From assembly GCA_023480735.1 (NCBI GenBank), contig JAMCXB010000016.1, positions 576 through 64,575 on the forward strand: a stretch of DNA of 64,000 nt, in the 5' to 3' direction. Within the stretch, counting starts at the first letter, position 1. Every line of letters starts with the position of its first letter. This DNA is from Bacteroidota bacterium. GTDB lineage: Bacteria > Bacteroidota > Ignavibacteria > Kryptoniales > JAKASW01. This document shows, piece after piece, positions 32,032 to 41,613 of this stretch. Under the pieces are notes generated by a model. That model was given only the letters and a program-made list of their open reading frames with translations. It did not search any database and was not told where the DNA came from. The position numbers and the translations under genes were made by a program.

Positions 32032-33119
32032 TGACAAGGATCTTGTTAGCGGGCGGTGGAACCGGTGGACACCTTTTCCCTGCAGTTGCAATAGCAGAGA
32101 GGCTTGCAGAAACAAACGATGTCGATATAATGTTCGTAGGAACGAAAAACAGGATCGAAGCGCGGGTTGTGCCGCAGCTTGGTTACAAATTCCGGGCGAT
32201 ATGGATCGGAGGTTTTTCGAGAAAGTTCAGGCTGTCGAACTTCCTTCTTCCCGTCAAGGTTGTCGTTTCAATTCTACAGGCGTTGAGACTCCTCTTGACT
32301 TACAGGCCGCAGGTCGTCGTAGGAACGGGCGGCTATGTCTCGGGCCCGGTATGCGCGGCGGCGGTGATTGCAAGAGTGCCCATCGTACTTCAGGAGCACA
32401 ACAGCTATCCGGGAGTCATGACCAGGATGTTCTCGCCCTTTGCACGCGAGGTTCACATTGCATTTGAGTCCTCGAAAAAGTATTTTCGAGTTCACCGTAA
32501 TCTGTATCTGACGGGAAGTCCGCTCAGAAAAATGCCGAGGCTCAGTCAAGAGGCAGGACGAAGCCACTTCGGCTTGAGCGCCGGAAGGAAGACACTCCTT
32601 GTGACGGGCGGCAGCCTTGGAGCCGTAGGACTTAATAGTGCAGTATTAAATGTCGTCGACGATTTAATAGGCCGCAATTACCAGTTGATATGGCAGACGG
32701 GCTCTGTTGATTTCGAGAGAATCAAGGAGAGCCAGAAGAATCATCCGGACTTAGTCCATGTTGAGAAGTTTGTAGAGAAAATGGAATTCGCCTACGCGGC
32801 GGCTGATATCGCCGTCTGCAGAGGCGGGGCTACCACAGTCGCGGAACTCATCTACTTCAATCTCCCATCACTCATAATACCGTATCCCTACGCAGCAGCC
32901 AACCACCAGGTTGAAAACGCCCGCGCGCTTGTCGAGAGCGGAGCGGCTGTCATGGTACAGGAAGCCGACATCAGGGAAAAGTTTAGCAGAACGCTCCTCG
33001 ATCTGGTCGATAACGCACCCCACATTTCAGATATGCGGGAAAAGATAAAGAATTTGTCCCATCAGGACGCCGCCGATGTCATCGCGAAATCTATTTTGAG
33101 GATCGCTGGAAATGCATAA
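32031..33119 (+). CDS. murG: Lipid I GlcNAc transferase
   Basis: GGGTGGH, GTGGYVS, GGSLGA, HQVENA. Confidence 0.97.
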   Translation: MTRILLAGGGTGGHLFPAVAIAERLAETNDVDIMFVGTKNRIEARVVPQLGYKFRAIWIGGFSRKFRLSNFLLPVKVVVSILQALRLLLTYRPQVVVGTGGYVSGPVCAAAVIARVPIVLQEHNSYPGVMTRMFSPFAREVHIAFESSKKYFRVHRNLYLTGSPLRKMPRLSQEAGRSHFGLSAGRKTLLVTGGSLGAVGLNSAVLNVVDDLIGRNYQLIWQTGSVDFERIKESQKNHPDLVHVEKFVEKMEFAYAAADIAVCRGGATTVAELIYFNLPSLIIPYPYAAANHQVENARALVESGAAVMVQEADIREKFSRTLLDLVDNAPHISDMREKIKNLSHQDAADVIAKSILRIAGNA

Positions 33120-33564
33120 GCACTTCAAACGAAGATTCGAATTCTACTACCAGTCGGTAGCCGTTTACGCGATGGCGCTGATATTGTATGCGGTCATCAG
33201 AGGTACCTTTGCGGAGGGCGAATTCAGAATTGTCTTCAGGGACCCGATCGTTTATGCGTTCGTCATTGTGCTCCTCTATTCCGTTGTCATCCTCGTCTTC
33301 AACATGCTTTATCAGAGAGATGTGGTCGTCACCGATGATTCCATAATTCTCGGAAACCGGTTCGACATAAAGACGATCAAGCTGTCGGAAATAGAGGAAA
33401 TTAGGGTCGGCCGGGCGAAGCGTATGAAGGTTCGCGGAAGCTTCCGGGTAATAAGGGTCAAGCTGAAAGACCACAGGAGAAGCGTCCGCATAAATCCCGT
33501 TCATTTCCATGACGAGAAGGACATGATTGAGACTTTCAAGAATTTAAGTCAGAGGGTCGGCTGA
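33112..33564 (+). CDS. Hypothetical protein with two TM helices inside the dcw operon
   Basis: Overlaps the murG stop and abuts murC; two hydrophobic helices then a basic beta-rich domain. Confidence 0.75.
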   Translation: MHKHFKRRFEFYYQSVAVYAMALILYAVIRGTFAEGEFRIVFRDPIVYAFVIVLLYSVVILVFNMLYQRDVVVTDDSIILGNRFDIKTIKLSEIEEIRVGRAKRMKVRGSFRVIRVKLKDHRRSVRINPVHFHDEKDMIETFKNLSQRVG

Positions 33565-33565
33565 T

Positions 33566-34975
33566 ATGTTTAAGAGTGTCAGGAAAATCCACATGGTCGG
33601 AATCGGCGGAATCGGAATGAGCGGAATAGCCGAGGTTTTGCTGGACCAAGGCTTCGAGGTCAGCGGTTCCGACAGGCAGCTTGGCGAAATAACGGAACGT
33701 CTCTCGAAATTGGGCGCGAAGGTCTACAAGGGTCATGCGGCAAAGTATCTCAATGAAGCCGATGTGGTTGTCTACTCCTCTGCGGTTCACATGGATAACC
33801 CGGAACTGACTGCGGCGGCGGAGAGGAAAATCCCTGTTATTCGCAGGGCCGAAATGCTTGCCGAACTCATGAGGATGAAGTACGGAATCGCAATCGCCGG
33901 TACTCACGGAAAGACCACCACAACAAGTATGACAAGTCTCGTCCTGATGGACGGCGGTCTGGACCCCACGGTAATAGTAGGAGGCAAACTCTCCAGCTTC
34001 GGCGGCACCAATGCGCGGCTCGGCCACGGCGAGTACATAGTAGTCGAAGCCGACGAATTCGACAGGTCTTTCCTGCAGCTTGCCCCCGTGATAGCGGCAA
34101 TCACCACCCTGGAACGCGAGCATCTCGATATATACACCGATCTGGAGGACATCAAGCGCGCATTTGTCGAATTTGCAAACAAGGTCCCGTTCTACGGATT
34201 TGTAATCCTTTGTCTTGATGAACCTTCGATACAGGAAATACTCCCGCTCATCAGGAAGAAGATCGTTACCTACGGTTTGAATGTACAGTCCGACTTGCGT
34301 GCGATCAACATTGCCTTCCGGGCAAACCGGAGCAGGTTCACACTACTCCGTCATGGCAAGGATCTCGGCGAGATTCAGTTGAACGTTCCGGGTTTGCACA
34401 ACATAAAGAACTCGCTCGCCGCTATCGGCATCGGTTTGGAACTTGGGATAGACTTTGCGCAGATCAGGAAGGCTGTCGAGTCGTTCACCGGAGTTTACCG
34501 CAGACTCGAGACCAAGGCGGAAGTCGACGGCGTGATGGTCGTCGACGACTATGCCCACCATCCGACAGAAGTGCAGGCAACTTTATCGGCATTGAAATCC
34601 GGCTGGCCCGACAGGAGAGTCGTGGCTGTGTTTCAGCCGCATCTTTACTCCAGGACCAGGGATTTCCATGACGAGTTCGGCCGGAGTTTTCTTAATGCGG
34701 ACATTCTTGTCGTAACTGAAATCTATCCGGCACGCGAAGAGCCGATACAGGGAATTACGGGTGAATTGATCGTGAACGACGCCAGAGCCTTCGGCCACAA
34801 GGAAGCGTATTACGTGCCTGATAAGAAAGAGCTTCCGGAATTTCTGATGAAAATCAAAAAGCCCGGAGATATCGTCGTCACCCTCGGTGCAGGCGACATA
34901 TCAAAATTTGGTGAAGAATTTGTGAACAAGATGAAATCGACGACCGTCAAGCATGGAGCCAAGAGGAAATCATGA
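33566..34975 (+). CDS. murC: UDP-MurNAc:L-Ala ligase
   Basis: GIGGIGMSG, GTHGKTTT, EADE, DDYAHHP. Confidence 0.98.
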   Translation: MFKSVRKIHMVGIGGIGMSGIAEVLLDQGFEVSGSDRQLGEITERLSKLGAKVYKGHAAKYLNEADVVVYSSAVHMDNPELTAAAERKIPVIRRAEMLAELMRMKYGIAIAGTHGKTTTTSMTSLVLMDGGLDPTVIVGGKLSSFGGTNARLGHGEYIVVEADEFDRSFLQLAPVIAAITTLEREHLDIYTDLEDIKRAFVEFANKVPFYGFVILCLDEPSIQEILPLIRKKIVTYGLNVQSDLRAINIAFRANRSRFTLLRHGKDLGEIQLNVPGLHNIKNSLAAIGIGLELGIDFAQIRKAVESFTGVYRRLETKAEVDGVMVVDDYAHHPTEVQATLSALKSGWPDRRVVAVFQPHLYSRTRDFHDEFGRSFLNADILVVTEIYPAREEPIQGITGELIVNDARAFGHKEAYYVPDKKELPEFLMKIKKPGDIVVTLGAGDISKFGEEFVNKMKSTTVKHGAKRKS

Positions 34976-35910
34976 TTTCAGTAGAGCAGCTGAAGAAATA
35001 TTTCCGCGGTCACATCGGTATCGGAGAACCCCTGGACAATCTGACTACGTTCAAAATCGGGGGCGCAGCGGATTTCTATTTCGAACCGGTTGACTCAGGC
35101 GATCTCGCGGTTTTGATCAACATACTCAATGAACACGGCTTCCCATTTGAGATAATCGGAAACGGGAGCAATGTGCTCGTTAGCGATTATGGTTACCGTG
35201 GGGCGGCCATCAACCTTGAGCGGGGCCTTTCCGACATCAGGTTCAGCGGCGAGGTTTTGAAGGCGGGAGCAGGAACAAAGCTTGCAAACCTGGTCGATTT
35301 CTGCATAGACAACGGTCTGCATGGAGTCGAGATGCTTGCCGGGTTCCCGGGTACTCTCGGCGGCGCCCTCGTAAAGAATGAGGGCGCATACGGCGGTTCG
35401 ATATCCGATTATCTTGTCGAAGTGGAAATCATCCGCAGAGGCGAACTGAAGCTCCTTCCGAGGGAGGCCGCCGTGTTCGGATATCAATTCAGCTCGCTCT
35501 CCGACGACATTATTGTGAGCGGAACGTTCAGGTTCCCGGACGGCGATAAAGCCGAGATGAAGCGAGTTAGACGGGAGCTCCTGCTTCGCAGAAGTGAATC
35601 TCAACCGACGGAATTGCCCAATGCAGGTTTGATTTTCAGGAATCCCGTCATGAATTCTGCCGGAAGGCTGATTGAGAACTGCGGACTGAGGGGATTCAGA
35701 ATCGGTAACGCGGAAATCGCTCAGAAACACGGCAACTTCATCGTCAATCTTGGGGGCGCCTCTTCTATGGACGTTATCAGACTGATTAAAACGGCACGGG
35801 AAAAGGTGCAGGAGAAATTCGGCGTGACCCTCGATCTGGGAGTGAAGCTGCTGGGATTCTCGGATGGACTAAAGGATGAGGTGGAAGCCCTGGTGAGTTC
35901 GGAAGCGTGA
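34972..35910 (+). CDS. murB: MurB homologue (catalytic residues appear substituted)
   Basis: TTFKIGG, IGNGSN, FPGTLGGA, KHGNFIVN and position after murC. Reads YQFS, AGLIF and LDLGV in place of YRxS, GSxF and LExEV. Confidence 0.85.
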   Translation: MISVEQLKKYFRGHIGIGEPLDNLTTFKIGGAADFYFEPVDSGDLAVLINILNEHGFPFEIIGNGSNVLVSDYGYRGAAINLERGLSDIRFSGEVLKAGAGTKLANLVDFCIDNGLHGVEMLAGFPGTLGGALVKNEGAYGGSISDYLVEVEIIRRGELKLLPREAAVFGYQFSSLSDDIIVSGTFRFPDGDKAEMKRVRRELLLRRSESQPTELPNAGLIFRNPVMNSAGRLIENCGLRGFRIGNAEIAQKHGNFIVNLGGASSMDVIRLIKTAREKVQEKFGVTLDLGVKLLGFSDGLKDEVEALVSSEA

Positions 35911-36704
35911 AAAAGATTGAAAGGACATATTTGAACCTGGTGCTGGTGGTTTCGGCCTTGACTGCCCTCTATCTGGTTTCGCAAGGCTGGAAGAACCACC
36001 TCTTGCTGGAAAAAGTGAATGTCTATGACACTCACATTCTTACCGATTCCCAGGTGAAAGAACTTGCTGATGTCAGGGAAGGAAGTCCGCTTTACCAGTT
36101 GAGCCTCTTGAAGATTTCGGAGCGCCTTGAAAAGAATCCTTTTGTAAAGGAAGCGGTGGTGGTGCGCGCGCTGCCGTACGATCTGGCAATCACGATCCAT
36201 GAGCGCAATCCCATTGCACTCGTCGCAACGGCCAATTCGATGCTCTCGGTCGACGATAGAGGCATAGTACTTCCCGTGCCGTTGGAGCGCAAGAACGATT
36301 TGCCCGTCATCACTAACGTAGAAGCACAACTTCAGGTCGGTGATACCGTGAAAGGCAATCTCACGCAGGCCGTAAAATTCATAAGCGACGCAAACGACTT
36401 CGGCGCATCGTTGAGTGCCAGCATTGCGGAGGTTCGTCTGATAGGCGACAACCTTGTTGCGTATGCCACCTCGTCCTCTCTGCCGATTATCATCGGCAAA
36501 GGCGACTTCGAAAGGAAGCTGCTCTATTTGCACGAATTTCTGACGAAAGTGGCCGAAACCGGGAATTCGGAGTACAGCTATGTCGATCTGAGATACAACG
36601 GCCAGATTGTCCTCGGCGACGCTGACGCCGGAGTATCTGCGTCGGGTTTTAGATCGCCATCTTCGGGAATTTCCCCAGACGGCGTCTCTGAGAAAGTAAA
36701 CTAA
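35907..36704 (+). CDS. ftsQ: Cell division protein FtsQ
   Basis: TM helix, POTRA domain (ITIHERNP) and C-terminal YVDLRY. Confidence 0.9.
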   Translation: MKKIERTYLNLVLVVSALTALYLVSQGWKNHLLLEKVNVYDTHILTDSQVKELADVREGSPLYQLSLLKISERLEKNPFVKEAVVVRALPYDLAITIHERNPIALVATANSMLSVDDRGIVLPVPLERKNDLPVITNVEAQLQVGDTVKGNLTQAVKFISDANDFGASLSASIAEVRLIGDNLVAYATSSSLPIIIGKGDFERKLLYLHEFLTKVAETGNSEYSYVDLRYNGQIVLGDADAGVSASGFRSPSSGISPDGVSEKVN

Positions 36705-36713
36705 GGTGCGTAA

Positions 36714-38009
36714 ATGAATAACAGTATAATCGTGGCGCTTGACATCGGAACGACCAAGGTATGTGCAATGGTAGTCGAGTCCGACCAAAATGGCAGGCTG
36801 AACGTACTTGGGATTGGAACGAGCAAATCGGGCGGAATGAGCCGGGGTGTCGTGGCAAATATCGACAGAACGGTGAAATCGATACAGGAAGCGGTGCGGA
36901 TTGCTGAATCGAAACCAGGGACGAAGATAAAGAGCGCAACAGTTGGAATTGCCGGCGAACATATCGACAGTTTCAAGACGAACAGTATTATAACGATCAG
37001 CAATCCCGACCATGAAATTACGGAAGCGGACATCGACCGCCTGATCGAGGACGCGAAGCGTGTCCATCTCTCGCGGGACAGGGAAATTATTCACATAATT
37101 CCCCAGGAATTCATAATCGACGGTCAGACTGTGACACATGATCCGATTGGAATGGCCGGTGTTCGGGTAGAAGCATCGATGCATGTGGTTACGGGGCTGG
37201 TTACTGCCGCGCAGAATATTCACAAGTGTGTCGAGAGAGCGGGCCTGAAGGTAGAGGAGCTTGTGCTTCAGCCGCTTGCTTCGAGCTATTCCGTGCTCAC
37301 CGAGGACGAGAAGGAAGTCGGGGTCGCGCTGCTGGACATAGGCGGCGGAACGACGGACCTGGCTGTGTTTGAGGACAGGACTATTCGTCATACGGCAGTC
37401 ATCCCGATTGCCGGCGATCACATAACGACCGACATTCGCAAGGGGCTGGGCATACTGCCTGAGCAGGCTGAGGAACTTAAGGTGAATCATGGTTATGCGA
37501 TGGTGTCGGAAGTGGTCGATGATGAGCCTATCCTTATTCCCGGAATCGGCGGACGCAAGCCGATAGAAATCAACAAAAAACTTCTTGCACAAATAATTCA
37601 GCCGCGGGTCGAGGAGCTCCTCGACATCGTAGCAATGGAAATCAAGAGGTCTGGATATTCGCGGCATCTCTCTGCGGGAATTGTCCTGACGGGAGGCGGC
37701 GCGTTGCTGAGGGGAATGCCTGAGCTTGTAGAATACGTTCTCGGCGTCCCTGCAAAGATCGGCATACCCCAGACTTTCGACGGCGGCTTTGCACGTGAGG
37801 TGGAAAACCCGATCTACGCAACGGCAGTCGGGCTGATTCAGTATGGCCTGAAGCGCGGTGCGGGGAAGTCCACAATTGAATTCGTAGAACAAAAGGAAGA
37901 TGCTCCGCCTGCAGAGCAGAAGGCGATTCACAAGAGTGAAAAGAGCTTTGTAGGAAAAGGAATACAGTTCTTGAAAAAGTTTATTAATAAGAATATCGAC
38001 AATGTCTAA
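36714..38009 (+). CDS. ftsA: Cell division protein FtsA
   Basis: ALDIGTTKV, DIGGGTTD, VLTGGGA, YATAVGL. Confidence 0.97.
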   Translation: MNNSIIVALDIGTTKVCAMVVESDQNGRLNVLGIGTSKSGGMSRGVVANIDRTVKSIQEAVRIAESKPGTKIKSATVGIAGEHIDSFKTNSIITISNPDHEITEADIDRLIEDAKRVHLSRDREIIHIIPQEFIIDGQTVTHDPIGMAGVRVEASMHVVTGLVTAAQNIHKCVERAGLKVEELVLQPLASSYSVLTEDEKEVGVALLDIGGGTTDLAVFEDRTIRHTAVIPIAGDHITTDIRKGLGILPEQAEELKVNHGYAMVSEVVDDEPILIPGIGGRKPIEINKKLLAQIIQPRVEELLDIVAMEIKRSGYSRHLSAGIVLTGGGALLRGMPELVEYVLGVPAKIGIPQTFDGGFAREVENPIYATAVGLIQYGLKRGAGKSTIEFVEQKEDAPPAEQKAIHKSEKSFVGKGIQFLKKFINKNIDNV

Positions 38010-38023
38010 AAAGGAGGCATAAC

Positions 38024-39265
38024 GTGTTCGAACTAGACACAGACAGACAGGGCCCTCGTATAAGAGTGGTAGGTATTGGCGGCTGCGGCGGGAACGCCAT
38101 TAACAGTATAGCCAAGAGAGGCATCCATGGCGTGGATTTGATCTCGATGAACACCGACATGCAGGACTTGGATCGGAGTGTCGCACCGAACAAGATTCAA
38201 ATTGGTAAGAACACCACCCGCGGGCTCGGAGCGGGATCAAACCCTGATATCGGGAGACGGGCGGCGCTCGAGGCCAGGGATGAAATATTCCGGGCATTGA
38301 AAGACAGCGACATGGTCTTTCTGACGGCCGGAATGGGCGGGGGCACAGGAACCGGAGCGGCACCGGTAGTAGCAAGCGTTTTGAAGGGTGCGGACCGTGA
38401 CGAAGTGAAGAATGACGGGCAGGAGGAACACGCACCGCTGGTAGTTGCAGTCGTGACGAGGCCATTCGTAAATGAGGCTAAGGAAAGGATGCGCAATGCC
38501 GACGTCGGCATCGAAGAGCTCAAAAAATACGTTGATGCGCTAATCGTCATTCCCAACGAAAAGCTTCTCGCTATTTCCGACAAGGCGGCAGGGTATCTCG
38601 TGTCTCTGCAGAGGATTTACGATGTGCTATACGATGCAATCCGCGGAATCTCGGAAATCATTACGAAGCCCGGATTCGTCAACGTAGATTTTGCAGATGT
38701 AAGGACGGTCCTTGCCTCTCGCGGAGATGCGATCATAGGTACAGGTATCGCAAGCGGTGAAAGACGCGCCGCGGAAGCAGCCACGGCGGCCATATCCAAT
38801 CCGCTTCTCGAAGAAGTATCGCTCGAACGCGTCGAGGGTATCCTTGTCAGCATAACAGCCGGAAACAGCTTCAGCCTGCATGAGTTCGACGAGATAGTCA
38901 AGACCGTACGGGGAGTGGCGAAGAATGGAGACGACGAAAGCAAAGTTATAGTCGGAGTCTCCATCGACGAGAAGATCGAGAAGGAAGTTGTGGTCACGGT
39001 CATAGCGGCAGGTCTCAACAAGCGTCCAGAACCCCTGCAGCCTTCTACTCCGGATCCGCGGAAGAGGCTTACTATCAAGGACAAAGACAAGGTAAAGGAA
39101 CAAACATGGAGTATAAAGGACTGGCGCTCTTTCGATGAGCCGACTTTTGAAAGAAGCGGCATCAACATACATCTGAACAAGCTCGAAGATGGGAATGGAG
39201 ATGAACAGCCGGACGCGCCGAAACCCGGCGAAAGGCCAGCATTCTTACGAAAAGTGATGGACTAA
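38024..39265 (+). CDS. ftsZ: Cell division protein FtsZ
   Basis: GGGTGTG, NVDFAD, C-terminal PAFLRK. Confidence 0.98.
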   Translation: MFELDTDRQGPRIRVVGIGGCGGNAINSIAKRGIHGVDLISMNTDMQDLDRSVAPNKIQIGKNTTRGLGAGSNPDIGRRAALEARDEIFRALKDSDMVFLTAGMGGGTGTGAAPVVASVLKGADRDEVKNDGQEEHAPLVVAVVTRPFVNEAKERMRNADVGIEELKKYVDALIVIPNEKLLAISDKAAGYLVSLQRIYDVLYDAIRGISEIITKPGFVNVDFADVRTVLASRGDAIIGTGIASGERRAAEAATAAISNPLLEEVSLERVEGILVSITAGNSFSLHEFDEIVKTVRGVAKNGDDESKVIVGVSIDEKIEKEVVVTVIAAGLNKRPEPLQPSTPDPRKRLTIKDKDKVKEQTWSIKDWRSFDEPTFERSGINIHLNKLEDGNGDEQPDAPKPGERPAFLRKVMD

Positions 39266-39287
39266 AAACCACAATTGGAATAATCAT

Positions 39288-40022
39288 ATGGAAGCCTTAA
39301 ACTCTGTTACCGAGATAAGGAAGATGTTTGCGATGGAAAAGCGCGAATTGAACATAATGATGATCGAGGACGATCCGGACATTCCTAAACTCGCCCGTCT
39401 GTACCTGAAACCGTACAAGGATGTGGAATTTAATCTTGTGTGGGTCGAGACGGGCGAAGATGCCATGAGGTTCCTGCAGGACAGTCAGAATCTGGACGTG
39501 ATTCTCGTGGACTATCAGCTTCCGGGAATGAATGGCCTTGAAACCACTCGCGTTATCAGGGAAAAAGAAATAAAGATTCCCGTGGTCTTCCTTACGAATG
39601 CAATTGACTTCAAGCTGGCAATCGACGCGATGAAGCTGGATGTGGAGGACTACCTCTTGAAAGAGGAGGCGATAACGTCCATACTCCCGAGCATCCTGCT
39701 GAACGTCGTGGAGCGCGTCAGGCTTCGCGAGAAACTAGCCGAATCGGAAATGAACAAGGTCGCACAGCGCGAGAGGATTGACGGAATCAAGAGCCTGATC
39801 GTAACGATCTCGCACGAATTGAATAATCCGCTAGCCGCACTGAAGCTTGCGATCAATGTCCTTCAACGAAAACAGATGTCGCCCGATGTCATGAGCTACC
39901 TTGCTATCATGAAAGAAAACGCCGAGCGGATCGAAGGCGTCGTCTCAAAGCTCCGAGACCTGAAGGGCGACAAAGTAACGTCTTATATCGGCAACATAAA
40001 AATGATCGATCTTTCTGAATGA
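39288..40022 (+). CDS. Receiver domain fused to a HisKA-like domain (no HATPase)
   Basis: IEDD..DYQLPGMNG receiver and ISHELNNPL H-box; the protein ends shortly after. Confidence 0.85.
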   Translation: MEALNSVTEIRKMFAMEKRELNIMMIEDDPDIPKLARLYLKPYKDVEFNLVWVETGEDAMRFLQDSQNLDVILVDYQLPGMNGLETTRVIREKEIKIPVVFLTNAIDFKLAIDAMKLDVEDYLLKEEAITSILPSILLNVVERVRLREKLAESEMNKVAQRERIDGIKSLIVTISHELNNPLAALKLAINVLQRKQMSPDVMSYLAIMKENAERIEGVVSKLRDLKGDKVTSYIGNIKMIDLSE

Positions 40023-40026
40023 GCGA

Positions 40027-41382
40027 ATGGCGGAAATTATACAGTCACTCATCGTCGACGATGAAAAGAACGTAACCGATCTTCTAAAACTTCAGCTCGA
40101 AGAATCCGACTTCTCGGTTGACATAGCCAGCGACGGGGCGGCAGGTATCAACAAGATTCAGGGGAAGCGATACGATCTGATTTTGCTCGATCTCAAAATG
40201 CCCAGGATAAACGGACTGGAAGTCCTGAAGTTTGCCAAGGAAAACCAACCTGATTCGCAGGTTATCATCCTGACCGGCTACGGCGACATAAAAACCGCCG
40301 TCGACACTATCAAGATCGGGGCGTTCGATTTTATCACGAAACCGTACAATTTCGACGAACTGATCGTCTCGATTAATAATGCGCTCGAGATGCGGCGGCT
40401 TATCATGGACAACAGGTTCATGAAGATGCAGCTTGCCGACAGGAAGTATGAAATCGTCGGGCATTCCGGCGCCCTTCAGAGCGTTGTCGACATTGCGTTG
40501 AAAGTTGCCCCGAGCGAAGCGTCCGTGCTGATCACTGGACCGAGCGGGTCGGGTAAGGAGCTCATAGCCCATCTGATCCACGAAAACAGTGAGCGGTCGA
40601 AGAAACCGTTCGTCGCCGTTAACTGCGCGTCCATCCCGGATACGCTGATAGAAAGTGAGCTGTTCGGCCACGAGAAAGGAGCTTTCACGGACGCTCATTC
40701 GCTGAAGCAGGGTCTTGCGGAAATCGCAGACGGCGGTACGCTCTTCCTGGACGAAGTAGGCGACATCAGTTACCTGGTCCAGCCGAAGCTTCTTAGGTTC
40801 ATTGAAACCGGCACGTTCAGGAGAGTAGGCGGAACCGTCGAGATGAGCGTGAATGCGAGGATCGTCTCGGCTACCAACAAGGACATCGACCGCGAGGTCG
40901 AGGAAGGGAAATTCAGGGAGGATCTCCTCTACAGGCTTAACGTGGTACACGTGGAAGTACCTTCACTTCATCAGCGGAGGGAGGACATACCGCTTCTCGT
41001 CGAGCATTTCCTTACCAGGAAACAGCGCACACGCCGCGCTAAAAGGATCTCACAGGAGGCTTTAAAGCTCCTCATGGAATACGACTGGCCGGGAAATATA
41101 CGCGAGCTCGAGAACGTGATCGAACGAGCAGCCATACTGGCGACGGGCGACGAGATAACGCCCGACTTCATAGCCTTAACGGGCAAGTCGAGGTCTCCGG
41201 ACCTTCGCAGAATACCCACGCGCCTCTCACTGGCGGAGCTGGAAAAAATCCATATCGAAAATGTCCTCAAGGCAAACGGCTTCAATCGCACGAAGTCGGC
41301 GAAGGCGCTCGGAATCAGCCTCAAGACGCTCTACCTCAAGATAAAACACTACAGTATAGACACACCGATTGGAAAAGGATAG
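40027..41382 (+). CDS. Sigma54-dependent NtrC-family response regulator
   Basis: Receiver domain, GPSGSGKE, ESELFGHEKGAFTDA, WPGNIREL and a Fis-type HTH. Confidence 0.95.
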   Translation: MAEIIQSLIVDDEKNVTDLLKLQLEESDFSVDIASDGAAGINKIQGKRYDLILLDLKMPRINGLEVLKFAKENQPDSQVIILTGYGDIKTAVDTIKIGAFDFITKPYNFDELIVSINNALEMRRLIMDNRFMKMQLADRKYEIVGHSGALQSVVDIALKVAPSEASVLITGPSGSGKELIAHLIHENSERSKKPFVAVNCASIPDTLIESELFGHEKGAFTDAHSLKQGLAEIADGGTLFLDEVGDISYLVQPKLLRFIETGTFRRVGGTVEMSVNARIVSATNKDIDREVEEGKFREDLLYRLNVVHVEVPSLHQRREDIPLLVEHFLTRKQRTRRAKRISQEALKLLMEYDWPGNIRELENVIERAAILATGDEITPDFIALTGKSRSPDLRRIPTRLSLAELEKIHIENVLKANGFNRTKSAKALGISLKTLYLKIKHYSIDTPIGKG

Positions 41383-41556
41383 TCCGTCGGATAGGTCATC
41401 CGCGGCATCCCGCTCCTCCCGATATTGAAGAACCCCGCTGCATGCTTGCCTTGTTGGCAGCGATTGTCTGGCTGACTGTATAGCGGCATATACTGGTTTC
41501 CGGATTGCCTTCGGATAACTACGCAGGCCTCGGATAGTAATCGTTCCGCCGGAAAC

Positions 41557-41591
41557 AAAAGGCGGAGCTACAGCCGCCGCCGCGCTCCGCC
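41557..41591 (-). terminator. Putative intrinsic terminator after pstS
   Basis: GGCGGAGC...GCTCCGCC stem followed by TTTT on the minus strand. Confidence 0.55.
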
Positions 41592-41613
41592 CCCGTGAAT
41601 TTCCCACGCTTTG

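Noticed and set aside
35721-37931. 736-aa minus-strand ORF
   Set aside because: Antisense shadow of murB/ftsQ/ftsA with no motifs or RBS.
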